A stretch of 32,000 nt of DNA from Candidatus Electronema aureum (GCA_004284765.1 NQJD01000008.1:1-32000), one strand, 5' to 3'. Positions 10,653 through 18,216 are shown, counted from the stretch's first letter. Numbers and translations are program-made. Notes: generated by a model not told the origin, from the sequence alone.

Positions 10653-10663
10653 CGTCTTCTTCC

Positions 10664-11323
10664 ATGAGCTTCTGGTATTGCAAAAAACTGTTACTCCTAC
10701 CCTGTTTGCTCCTGTTAGCAACACCAGCTCACGCCACCCAAGGCAATGTGCTGGCCAAAGGAATTATCTATCAGGCTGCAACCTACATCAATCACCCGCA
10801 ATTTGGCACCCATCCGAGCTATTACGGCAACCGCCCAGAGCAGGTGGTCGATATCAACATCGGGCCAAGCAGCGCAGACGATGAGGGAATGCCGCTTTTT
10901 GCGCCGGAAGACGGCAGTGTGACTATCATTCATTATAATACCAATCGCTGGGGGTATTCGCTTGAATGGCGCAACCGTTCAAATACAGAGCGAATTTTTT
11001 TCGCCCATCTGAAAAGCATCAAAGTTATTGGCGCGGTGCGAGCCGGGCAGCAGATTGCTGAAATCGGCAGCACTGGCGGCTGGAAACCCCATCTGCATAT
11101 CGAAAGTTCTCAGGGTTGGTTAGAGCTATCGGGCAGAATACTACAACCACCAATCAATCCTTACGGTAATGGAATGTTCTTTGCTTCCAACGGCCCTGTG
11201 CCTGCTGCTCGCCCCTTGGCACGGCAGTTCATAACAATGCCGCTGGAAAACCGTATCCACAGCGTAGAGCTGGGCGGTGGCCAGTTCTACATACACTCAT
11301 TCAACCTGCAAAACAGCAAATGA
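10664..11323 (+). CDS. secreted M23-family metallopeptidase-like protein
   Basis: Signal peptide MSFWYCKKLLLLPCLLLLATPAHA/TQG. M23-type layout: VVDINIG...PLFAPEDGSV...AHL...GQQIAEIGSTGGWKPHLHIE, including the HxH metal motif. It starts 11 nt after the upstream stop, and its stop overlaps the next start (ATGA). Confidence 0.7.
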   Translation: MSFWYCKKLLLLPCLLLLATPAHATQGNVLAKGIIYQAATYINHPQFGTHPSYYGNRPEQVVDINIGPSSADDEGMPLFAPEDGSVTIIHYNTNRWGYSLEWRNRSNTERIFFAHLKSIKVIGAVRAGQQIAEIGSTGGWKPHLHIESSQGWLELSGRILQPPINPYGNGMFFASNGPVPAARPLARQFITMPLENRIHSVELGGGQFYIHSFNLQNSK

Positions 11324-12519
11324 ACCGCTGCGCCATTCACGTCATGAACGCTGTCTCTGCCGAAGGGCTTGCTCTGTTTGGCAGCAATTTTCGTTTAGAG
11401 GAAAACCGAGCTGCGGCTCACGGTCTGTTAGTGCGCAGCTCGCCGGTTAATTTGGCTGAATTTCCTGAGCTGGAGGCTATTGCCCGCGCCGGAGCCGGGG
11501 TCAACAACATCCCGCTGGACGAAGCCACAGAAAAAGGCATCTGCGTCTTCAACACGCCGGGCGCAAACGCAAACGCGGTGGTGGAGCTGGTCTTCACTAT
11601 GTTGGGTATTTGGCTGCGTCATGTTCCGCAAGGGCTGGCTTTCTGCCAAGGCTTGACAGGTTTTGCTGGGCCGCAGCTCAATGCCGAGATCGAAGCCCGC
11701 AAAAAGATGTTCCGGGGGCAAGAGCTGGCGGATAAAACCCTCGGCATTATTGGTTTAGGGCAAATCGGAGTACGGGCCGCCAACATGGGCATTCATCATA
11801 ACATGCGGGTGATTGGTTACGATCCTTATCCGGTCTTAGACAATATCCACCGTCTGCTGCCCGACGTGCGGCTGGCGCAGGCGCGCCAGGAAGTGCTGGC
11901 GCAGGCGGATTATGTCTCGCTGCATGTGCCGCTGAACAAGGCGACCGCCGGGCTGGTGAATGCCGAGTTTCTGGCCGGGATGAAGAAAGGAGCGGTGCTG
12001 CTCAACTATGCGCGGGGGCCGATAGCCGACGACGAGGCGGTGCTGAAAGCTCTTGAGTCTGGTCATCTCGCAGCCTATCTTTCTGACTTCCCGACTGAAA
12101 AGCTGCTCGGTCACGAAAAAGTGCTGTTCACGCCGCACCTTGGTGCCTCCACTTCTGAATCAGAGGAACACTGCACGGCAATGGCAGTGCAGGAGTTAAA
12201 AAACTATCTGGAATACGGCACTGTTACCCACAGTGTCAACTTTCCCAACGTGGAAAGTATTCCGGCAACCGGAAGCAGCACTCGCCTGATCATGATTAAC
12301 CGCGACATACCAGGCATGATTGGTTTAGTGAGCAACATTCTCGGCAAACACGGGATCAACATCATGAGCTACACCAACAAGAGTAACGGTGCGGTCGGCT
12401 ACAACATCATTGACACAGAGAATCCGGTTTCACTGGAGGTACGAAGGGAAATTGAGGCCGTGGGCGGTGTCATTCGAGTACGGATTATTCCGCTGAAAAA
12501 CGAATTCGGCCTACCTTGA
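11320..12519 (+). CDS. serA: D-3-phosphoglycerate dehydrogenase-type 2-hydroxyacid dehydrogenase with C-terminal ACT domain
   Basis: Motifs AIARAGAGVNNIPLDEATEKGICVFNTPGANANAV, NAD fold GIIGLGQIGVRAA, the catalytic region FTPHLGASTSESEE, and an ACT-like tail RLIMINRDIPGMIGLVSNILGKHGINI. The N-terminus MNRCAIHVMNAVSAEGL fits the family start. Confidence 0.8.
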   Translation: MNRCAIHVMNAVSAEGLALFGSNFRLEENRAAAHGLLVRSSPVNLAEFPELEAIARAGAGVNNIPLDEATEKGICVFNTPGANANAVVELVFTMLGIWLRHVPQGLAFCQGLTGFAGPQLNAEIEARKKMFRGQELADKTLGIIGLGQIGVRAANMGIHHNMRVIGYDPYPVLDNIHRLLPDVRLAQARQEVLAQADYVSLHVPLNKATAGLVNAEFLAGMKKGAVLLNYARGPIADDEAVLKALESGHLAAYLSDFPTEKLLGHEKVLFTPHLGASTSESEEHCTAMAVQELKNYLEYGTVTHSVNFPNVESIPATGSSTRLIMINRDIPGMIGLVSNILGKHGINIMSYTNKSNGAVGYNIIDTENPVSLEVRREIEAVGGVIRVRIIPLKNEFGLP

Positions 12520-12600
12520 CAAAGAAAAAATCACCCTGTTTAATAAGATCAGCGGCACATTTCCGCATCTCCAGAAACGACAACGACAGGGTGAGCGATT

Positions 12601-15183
12601 ATGGCTATTTTAGCTGGATGGAACTTCATAGGAAAAGGCGGCCAGACAGCTGTCGCTCCGGCATCATTTGCGCCGGGAGTGACAGCAACATCGGCATTAG
12701 GAAGCGGGCTTCTTGCCGTTAATGATTTAAAAAATGGACTTGTCGGCAGAAATCAGACAAAAAAGACATTAGCAGAAGCAATTGCCGACAACGAGTATAT
12801 TTCCTTCAAGATGACTCCAGCAGCAGGAAAAGCACTGACGATAAAAGAAGTGAAAATGCGGCCTGCCAGCCAGAACAGAAATAGAACTTTCACTATGACT
12901 GCCAATGGCATTGACATAACAACCTTTACTACAGGCACGATATTCCTTCCGCTGAAATTAATTCCTGTCACAGGCATCAGCGGCGTGGCTGCGCCGGTTG
13001 AATTTCGCCTTTACATTTATGGCCACACGGACGAGTGGGAATCTGTCGGCATTGGTGAGCGGCGGAACGGAGAGACTGGGCTTGATTTGGAAGTGATTGG
13101 CGACATCAAAGATGTTGTTGTTCCTCCGATAGACAACCAAGCTCCGAGCGTCCCAACCGGCTTGACATCTTCAATCTCAAGCATCACTGCCAACAGCTTC
13201 ACGGTGAGCTGGAATCCTTCGACCGACAACGTGGGCGTTGTCAGCTATGAGGTGTTCACAGGAACCACCTCACGCGGCACGGTCAACCATACGACGAGAA
13301 CGCTGACCATTACCGGGCTGACGGCCAATACAACCTATGCTGTCACGGTGCGGGCAAGAGACGCAGCAGACAATATCTCAGCAGCGCAAAGCACGCCTCT
13401 CAGCGTTCGCACCTTGGTGGGGCCGCCACAACAAGACACCCAAGCCCCCAGCGTTCCAACAGGCTTGGCCGCATCGAACATCACGGCCAGCAGTTTCACC
13501 GTCAGCTGGAATCCCTCAACCGACAATGTCGGCGTTGCCAGCTATGATGTGCTTGTCAACGGCGCGGTGCGTAGCACAGTCAATCATCCGACAAGGACAC
13601 TGAACATCACCGGTCTTACTCTTGCGAACACCACCTATGCTGTCACCGTGCGGGCCAGAGACGCAGCAGGCAATGTCTCCGCCGCAAGCGCGGCCCTCAG
13701 CGTCGGCCTCTATCCAAACAGCAGGTCGCGGATGGGCATCAATCTGTCCAGCGTGAATGAATACACCACCGATCAGCCCTTCAAAGACCTGTTCAAAACC
13801 GCGAGGCCGTGGAATGACGGCAACTTCCCGGTGTCGCAGCTCGATGCTAACGGATGGATTACTTCCCTGAGCAGCGGGCAGCAGGCCATCGCCTATGTGA
13901 TGCTCAGTGAGACCCCAGCTGAAGTGTATGAGATGGGGCAGTATGTCCTGCTCTACGAGGGTTCAGGCACTATCGCCTTTGAGGGCGCGGGCGTGACGCG
14001 GGTCAGCACTGCGCCGGGCCGGATTGTGTACAACGTCAGCCCGCAGCCCGGCAACCGCTGGATCAGCATCACTGCGGTCACTGTCGGCAATCATATCCGC
14101 AACATCCGCCTGCTGCCCGCGATCTACGAAGCGGATTATCAGAGCAACCCGTGGAGACCGTACCATCTCAGTCTCTGGGCCAGGTTCAAAACCATCCGCT
14201 TCATGGACTGGATGGCCACCAATCATTCCAAGCAGATCACATGGGAGCAGCGCACGACCCTGTCGAGATACACCTATAACGACCGGAGCGGCGTGCCCTT
14301 GGAGCTGATCGCCGACCTCTGCAACCGGCTGCATACCGACGCGTGGATATGCGTCCCGCATCAGGCGGACGACAACTATGTCGCGCAGATGGCGCGGCTG
14401 CTGCGAAGCACGCTGGCTGCCGATCTCAAGGTCTATGTCGAGTACTCGAATGAATGCTGGAATTACATGTTCGAGCAGGCACCGTACTGCGCTGAACGCG
14501 GCAGACAAACCTATCCGAACATCGGCGATGCCTACGAGCGGCATATCCGCTGGTATTCACGCCGCTGCGTGCAAATTTACGACATCTTCGAGCGCGAATT
14601 CAGCGGCACGTCGCGACTGATTAGAGTATTAGGTGGCCAGCAGGGCAATGCGTGGGCACTTCAGGTTATGTTCGAGCATGAAAACGCGCGAAACAAGGTG
14701 GATGCTTTCGCCATCGCCCCGTATTTCGGCCATGAATACGCCTGCGCAAAATATCAGCAGGTACTTTCGTGGACCTTGCCTCAGTTCTTCAATGACATCA
14801 GGACATCCGCTCTGCCCACAGCTTGGCAAGGCGTGCAGGACTGCATCAATTACGCCCGCTCTGTGAACAAGCCGATGTTTGCCTATGAAGGCGGCCAGCA
14901 TTTCACAGGCCAGTTTGACTGCAACGGCACAAACACCTTTGACAATGCCGCACTGACCCAGAAATTCATTGCTGCCAATCTCTCACCAGACATGGGTGGC
15001 GTTTACACGATGGACTTGGACAGATGGCGGAGCATGGGCGGCGGCATGTACTGCGCATTCGCCTCCTTGACCGAATACACACACTGGGGCTGCTGGGGAC
15101 TGCTGCGCTATCCCAAACAGAATCTGGTAAACGCACCGAAATATCAGGCGATCTTGAACTGGATTAATAATAATCCAAGCTAG
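12601..15183 (+). CDS. multidomain protein: unknown N-terminal domain, two fibronectin type III modules, C-terminal putative TIM-barrel (clan GH-A-like) glycoside hydrolase domain
   Basis: 860-aa ORF. An in-frame TGA at 12592-12594 excludes any longer N-terminus. Two FN3 modules are present (APSVPTGL..FTVSWNPSTDNVGV.SY.V...TYAVTVRARDAA.N.S). The C-terminal ~490 aa contains VEYSNECWN, which resembles the acid/base NE strand motif of clan GH-A enzymes; the family is not identified. Confidence 0.7.
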   Translation: MAILAGWNFIGKGGQTAVAPASFAPGVTATSALGSGLLAVNDLKNGLVGRNQTKKTLAEAIADNEYISFKMTPAAGKALTIKEVKMRPASQNRNRTFTMTANGIDITTFTTGTIFLPLKLIPVTGISGVAAPVEFRLYIYGHTDEWESVGIGERRNGETGLDLEVIGDIKDVVVPPIDNQAPSVPTGLTSSISSITANSFTVSWNPSTDNVGVVSYEVFTGTTSRGTVNHTTRTLTITGLTANTTYAVTVRARDAADNISAAQSTPLSVRTLVGPPQQDTQAPSVPTGLAASNITASSFTVSWNPSTDNVGVASYDVLVNGAVRSTVNHPTRTLNITGLTLANTTYAVTVRARDAAGNVSAASAALSVGLYPNSRSRMGINLSSVNEYTTDQPFKDLFKTARPWNDGNFPVSQLDANGWITSLSSGQQAIAYVMLSETPAEVYEMGQYVLLYEGSGTIAFEGAGVTRVSTAPGRIVYNVSPQPGNRWISITAVTVGNHIRNIRLLPAIYEADYQSNPWRPYHLSLWARFKTIRFMDWMATNHSKQITWEQRTTLSRYTYNDRSGVPLELIADLCNRLHTDAWICVPHQADDNYVAQMARLLRSTLAADLKVYVEYSNECWNYMFEQAPYCAERGRQTYPNIGDAYERHIRWYSRRCVQIYDIFEREFSGTSRLIRVLGGQQGNAWALQVMFEHENARNKVDAFAIAPYFGHEYACAKYQQVLSWTLPQFFNDIRTSALPTAWQGVQDCINYARSVNKPMFAYEGGQHFTGQFDCNGTNTFDNAALTQKFIAANLSPDMGGVYTMDLDRWRSMGGGMYCAFASLTEYTHWGCWGLLRYPKQNLVNAPKYQAILNWINNNPS
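13141..13710 (+). repeat. tandem ~303-nt duplication encoding the two FN3 modules
   Basis: gctccgagcgtcccaaccggcttg at 13141 and gcccccagcgttccaacaggcttg at 13444 begin two colinear copies. The antisense track ORFs 13017-13229 and 13335-13526 both begin MSVEGFQLTVKLLAVM, which is a by-product of this DNA repeat. Confidence 0.85.
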
Positions 15184-15203
15184 TTTTTTCTAAGAGCAAA
15201 GTA

Positions 15204-15235
15204 GAAAGCCCGGATGTCCTCCGGGCTTTCTTATT
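15204..15235 (+). terminator. rho-independent terminator of the FN3/glycosidase-like gene
   Basis: Perfect 11-bp stem GAAAGCCCGGA / TCCGGGCTTTC (15204-15214 / 15220-15230) with 5-nt loop tgtcc, followed by TTATT. It lies 21 nt after the stop codon. Confidence 0.8.
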
Positions 15236-15239
15236 AGAT

Positions 15240-15357
15240 TTAGGAGTTACGCAGTTCGATTGCCAACCCATTGATTTTATTCACCTGGCGATTTATGCGG
15301 CAAAAAGATAACTTGCTACAATGACTGAACTTTTAATTTCAACTGCGTAACTCCTAA
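15240..15357. repeat. 118-bp unit bounded by perfect 17-bp terminal inverted repeats (MITE-like or BIME-like)
   Basis: TTAGGAGTTACGCAGTT (15240-15256) and its exact reverse complement AACTGCGTAACTCCTAA (15341-15357) flank 84 nt of AT-rich non-coding sequence. No ORF lies inside. Confidence 0.6.
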
Positions 15358-15584
15358 GAAAATAAATACGCCAATCGCGCCCGCTTGCCTATACAGGGTT
15401 TTCCCCTTGGCTACCGTTCAGTGTAGATACTGGCGTGAAATCAAGCTCTCCCCGGCTCGTGTGATGGTAGCTAACCATCACAACGGGTAAGATTGAATTC
15501 CCCGTAGAAACAAGGTAAGATGGCGGTGGAACCCGGCGAAGTCCTCTCTCTGCTGTGAAAACCTCAACCTGAACCAAGGCAGCC

Positions 15585-17261
15585 ATGCTGCTCGAACTAC
15601 GTATCAACGATTTGGCTTTGATCAGCACGCTGGAGCTGGATTTTTCTGTTGTTCCCACCGGTCTGATCGTCTTCACCGGCGAAACCGGCGCGGGTAAATC
15701 GATCATCCTTCAGGCGGTGCATTTGCTCACCGGTGGCAGGGCTTCGTCGCTGCTGGTGCGCAGCGGTTGCGAGCAGGCGACCATCGAAGCCTCGTTTGAC
15801 ATCAGCAAGCAGCCTGAACTGGCAGAATTGCTGCATCAGCACGGTTTAGACAGCAGCGGCGATTGTATCCTGCGTCGGATTGTCAACGGCAAAGGCCGCA
15901 GTCGTTTTTTTATCAATGACCGACTGGCAACCGCCCGACTTGTTGCTGATCTCACAGAAAATTTGGTCAATATCGCGGGCCAGCACGATCAACAGCTTTT
16001 GCTCAGAAACAGCAGCCACATTGACTTTCTCGACGGCTACGGGGGCCTGTTGGAACAACGGCAGCAATACACTTTTCTCTACGACCGGCGACAGCAGCTA
16101 CTCCGCCGTCTTCGTTTAGTGCACGAGCAGGAGCAGCACAAAGAGCAGAAACGCGATTTTCTTGGCTTTCAGTTGCGGGAAATTCGTCAAGCAGGATTGT
16201 CTCCGGGCGAGGATGACGCGCTCATCAAGGAGCGCGACCTGCTTAAATCTTCCACCGCTTTGGTTGAATTGGTCGGAAAAAGCTGCCAGCTGCTTCGCGA
16301 GCAGGTGCATGGACATCTCAGCGTCATCAGAAAGAATATGGAGCAGGCTTTCGCGCTTGATCCCAACCTCAAAGAGCTGTCGGCGCGTACCAGTTCGGCG
16401 TGTTTTGAAATTGAGGATTTGGAAGGCTGCCTTGATGCCTACTTAGAAGCTATTCCTTCTGATCACGGTAGAATGGAGCAAATTGCCGCTCGGTTAGCTC
16501 AGATTCGTCAGCTACAGCGCAAATACGGTACGACCATTGAGGAAGTGCTGGCTTTTGCCGAACGGATTGAAAAAGAACTGCATGTTCTTGACCGCATTGA
16601 GCAGGAGCTGGCCGAGCTGGAGCTGGAGCTGCACGGCATCGAGGCGGAACTCCGCCAGCAGGCCGCCGCGCTGTCTCAAGAGCGGATTGAGGCCGGGGCA
16701 AAGCTCTCGCAGGCCATGCAGTCTGAGTTGGCTTCGCTCAGTTTCAAGCAGACCTTGTTTGAGGTTTCAGTGCAGGCTGATGCAGCGATTTTATCGTCGG
16801 ATGGCTGGGATAAAGTGGAATTCCTTTTTTCCGCCAATCCGGGCGAGCCGCTCAAACCGCTGACCGAGGTGGTTTCCGGCGGCGAGCTGTCTCGGCTGAT
16901 GCTGGCGATGAAGTGCCTCTTTGCTCGCCAAGATAAGGTAGAAACGGTAATTCTCGATGAAATCGACGCGGGTATCGGCGGCGAGGCAGCCAGTGCAGTG
17001 GCGCGTAAGATCGATGAGCTATCTGGACATCATCAAGTTTTCTGCATCACTCATCTGCCGCAAATTGCCGCTTACGGCGATGCCCATTTTTTGGTGGAAA
17101 AAATCGCGGACGGCAGCCGCACTCGTACCTTCATCCGCAGCCTGCTCCCGGAGGAACGGGCCGCTGAACTCGCTCGAATGTTGGGTGGCGACAACCCCAC
17201 TGAACAGACTATGGCCTTGGCAAGGGAGATGCTGGATGGAGGTACGCGGCAGAAAAGATAG
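15585..17261 (+). CDS. recN: DNA repair protein RecN
   Basis: 558-aa SMC-like protein. Motifs: N-terminal Walker A FTGETGAGKSII, long central coiled coil, signature SGGELSRLMLA, and Walker B ILDEIDAGIGG. Confidence 0.95.
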   Translation: MLLELRINDLALISTLELDFSVVPTGLIVFTGETGAGKSIILQAVHLLTGGRASSLLVRSGCEQATIEASFDISKQPELAELLHQHGLDSSGDCILRRIVNGKGRSRFFINDRLATARLVADLTENLVNIAGQHDQQLLLRNSSHIDFLDGYGGLLEQRQQYTFLYDRRQQLLRRLRLVHEQEQHKEQKRDFLGFQLREIRQAGLSPGEDDALIKERDLLKSSTALVELVGKSCQLLREQVHGHLSVIRKNMEQAFALDPNLKELSARTSSACFEIEDLEGCLDAYLEAIPSDHGRMEQIAARLAQIRQLQRKYGTTIEEVLAFAERIEKELHVLDRIEQELAELELELHGIEAELRQQAAALSQERIEAGAKLSQAMQSELASLSFKQTLFEVSVQADAAILSSDGWDKVEFLFSANPGEPLKPLTEVVSGGELSRLMLAMKCLFARQDKVETVILDEIDAGIGGEAASAVARKIDELSGHHQVFCITHLPQIAAYGDAHFLVEKIADGSRTRTFIRSLLPEERAAELARMLGGDNPTEQTMALAREMLDGGTRQKR

Positions 17262-17312
17262 ACTTCTTGTGCAAATATAGCTAAAGCAATGTAAAATGAC
17301 TATACTGAACGC

Positions 17313-17639
17313 ATGGGATACTCAATAGATTTTCGTCGGAAAGTATTGGAGATCAAAAAGCGTGACTGTCTAAGTTTAGGAGAGACTGCGCACCGTTTCG
17401 GCATCAGTGAATCGAGCGTGTTCCGCTGGATGAAACGACTTGAACCCTGCCGTTTCAGGAACAAGCCTGCGACCAAGATTGATATGGAGCTTCTCGTCCG
17501 TGACGTGGAACTGTACCCTGATGCGTATCAGCATGAACGGGCGGAGCGGTTTGGATGCAGTCAGCGTGGAATAGGCGAGGCATTGAAACGATTGAAAATC
17601 AGCCGTAAAAAAAACTTTTTTCCACCCGAAAGCCGATGA
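17313..17639 (+). CDS. IS630-family transposase, N-terminal HTH part (orfA)
   Basis: 108-aa ORF with paired helix-turn-helix-like segments (LSLGETAHRFGISESSVFRWMKRL and AERFGCSQRGIGEALKRL). It terminates 23 nt after an A8 tract. Confidence 0.8.
   Translation: MGYSIDFRRKVLEIKKRDCLSLGETAHRFGISESSVFRWMKRLEPCRFRNKPATKIDMELLVRDVELYPDAYQHERAERFGCSQRGIGEALKRLKISRKKNFFPPESR
17607..17621 (+). promoter_or_regulatory. A8-C-T6 slippery tract at the orfA/orfB frame junction
   Basis: aaaaaaaacttttttt-type tract: A run 17607-17614 and T run 17616-17621. The orfB frame is open from 17596, so it overlaps the end of orfA. Removing one A would yield the continuous reading ...LKISRKKTFFHPKADEEARRLF...IYIDESGF. 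Confidence 0.45.
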
Positions 17640-17685
17640 GGAGGCCCGCCGCCTGTTCAAAAGAAAGATCAGTGTCTATGAACTG

Positions 17686-18138
17686 ATGGGCATCCCTCTG
17701 ATTTATATCGATGAAAGCGGTTTTCCAGAGAACATGCCCCGGACGTTCGGCTATGCGTCAGAAGGCGCGAGATGTTTCGGAAAGCATGACTGGCAGGCGA
17801 AACAAAAGACGAACGCAATCGGTGCCTTGACCGGGGACAGGCTGCTGACTACGACTTTGTTTGACAGCAGCGTCAATACGGATGTTTTTGAGGCATGGAT
17901 CAGGCAGGAGCTTCTGCCTGCGCTGCCAAACCGAGCTGTTGTCGTCATGGACAATGCCTCTTTTCATAAGCCTGAGAGAATTCAGGAACTCATCGATGAT
18001 GCCGGATGCCTCCTTGAATATCTTCCTTCTTATTCGCCTGATCTGAACCCCATAGAGCATAAATGGGCACATGCTAAAGCCCTCAGGAGAAAACTTCGCT
18101 GTTCGACTGATGAACTTTTTCAGCAGTCCGTGCTGTAG
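17686..18138 (+). CDS. IS630-family transposase, DDE catalytic part (orfB; frame open from 17596)
   Basis: DDE_3-type triad: IYIDESGF, VVVMDNASFHK and LPSYSPDLNPIEHKWAHAK. By my count the second D and the E are 35 residues apart. The TAG stop at 18136-18138 abuts the right inverted repeat. Confidence 0.85.
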   Translation: MGIPLIYIDESGFPENMPRTFGYASEGARCFGKHDWQAKQKTNAIGALTGDRLLTTTLFDSSVNTDVFEAWIRQELLPALPNRAVVVMDNASFHKPERIQELIDDAGCLLEYLPSYSPDLNPIEHKWAHAKALRRKLRCSTDELFQQSVL

Positions 18139-18216
18139 TCATTTTATTGCGCTATAGCTATAAAAATGAGATAGAGATGGGAGTTACGCCGCTTAATTTT
18201 ACAATTGATACACACA

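Larger units (their letters stand above)
17278..18160 (+). mobile_element. IS630 / Tc1-mariner-family insertion sequence (883 bp) with 23-bp imperfect terminal inverted repeats and TA flanks
   Basis: Left end TAGCTAAAGCAATGTAAAATGAC (17278-17300) versus the reverse complement of the right end TAGCTATAGCGCAATAAAATGAC (18138-18160) gives 18 of 23 ungapped identities. TA lies immediately outside both ends (17276-17277 and 18161-18162). The element carries HTH and DDE transposase ORFs. Confidence 0.85.

Noticed and set aside
12516-12722. A 68-aa ORF bridging the serA stop and the start of the FN3 gene.
   Set aside because: It overlaps both neighbours out of frame. It has no motifs and an Arg/Ser-rich composition. 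The well-supported ATG 12601 gene explains the region.
13017-13526. Two minus-strand ORFs (13017-13229 and 13335-13526) share the N-terminus MSVEGFQLTVKLLAVM and looked like a duplicated small gene.
   Set aside because: The shared sequence is simply the reverse complement of the FN3 tandem repeat (FTVSWNPSTDN...) in the + strand gene. It is a repeat artefact, not separate genes.
13963-14544. Long antisense ORFs inside well-supported genes. Examples: 13963-14544 (193 aa), 20939-21532 (197 aa), 27427-27963 (178 aa), 28926-29450 (174 aa), 6526-7092 (188 aa), 25720-26202 (160 aa), 30185-30640 (151 aa), 18715-19140 (141 aa).
   Set aside because: Each lies opposite a gene with strong family motifs. 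Their products are Arg/Ala/Gly/Pro-rich and low-complexity, typical of the reverse frame of GC-rich coding DNA. None has a recognisable domain or a ribosome-binding site that I could see.
15380-15584. A possible structured RNA gene (SRP/4.5S RNA suggested by CCAAGGCAG, a tRNA-like GGTTCCACC on the minus strand, and cobalamin/ZTP/c-di-GMP riboswitch fragments).
   Set aside because: Only isolated short matches were found. The conserved cores are absent: the SRP GGAA tetraloop with AGCAG, the tRNA cloverleaf, the B12 box, and the ZTP CCGCCUGGGC. A covariance-model scan is needed before any RNA call.
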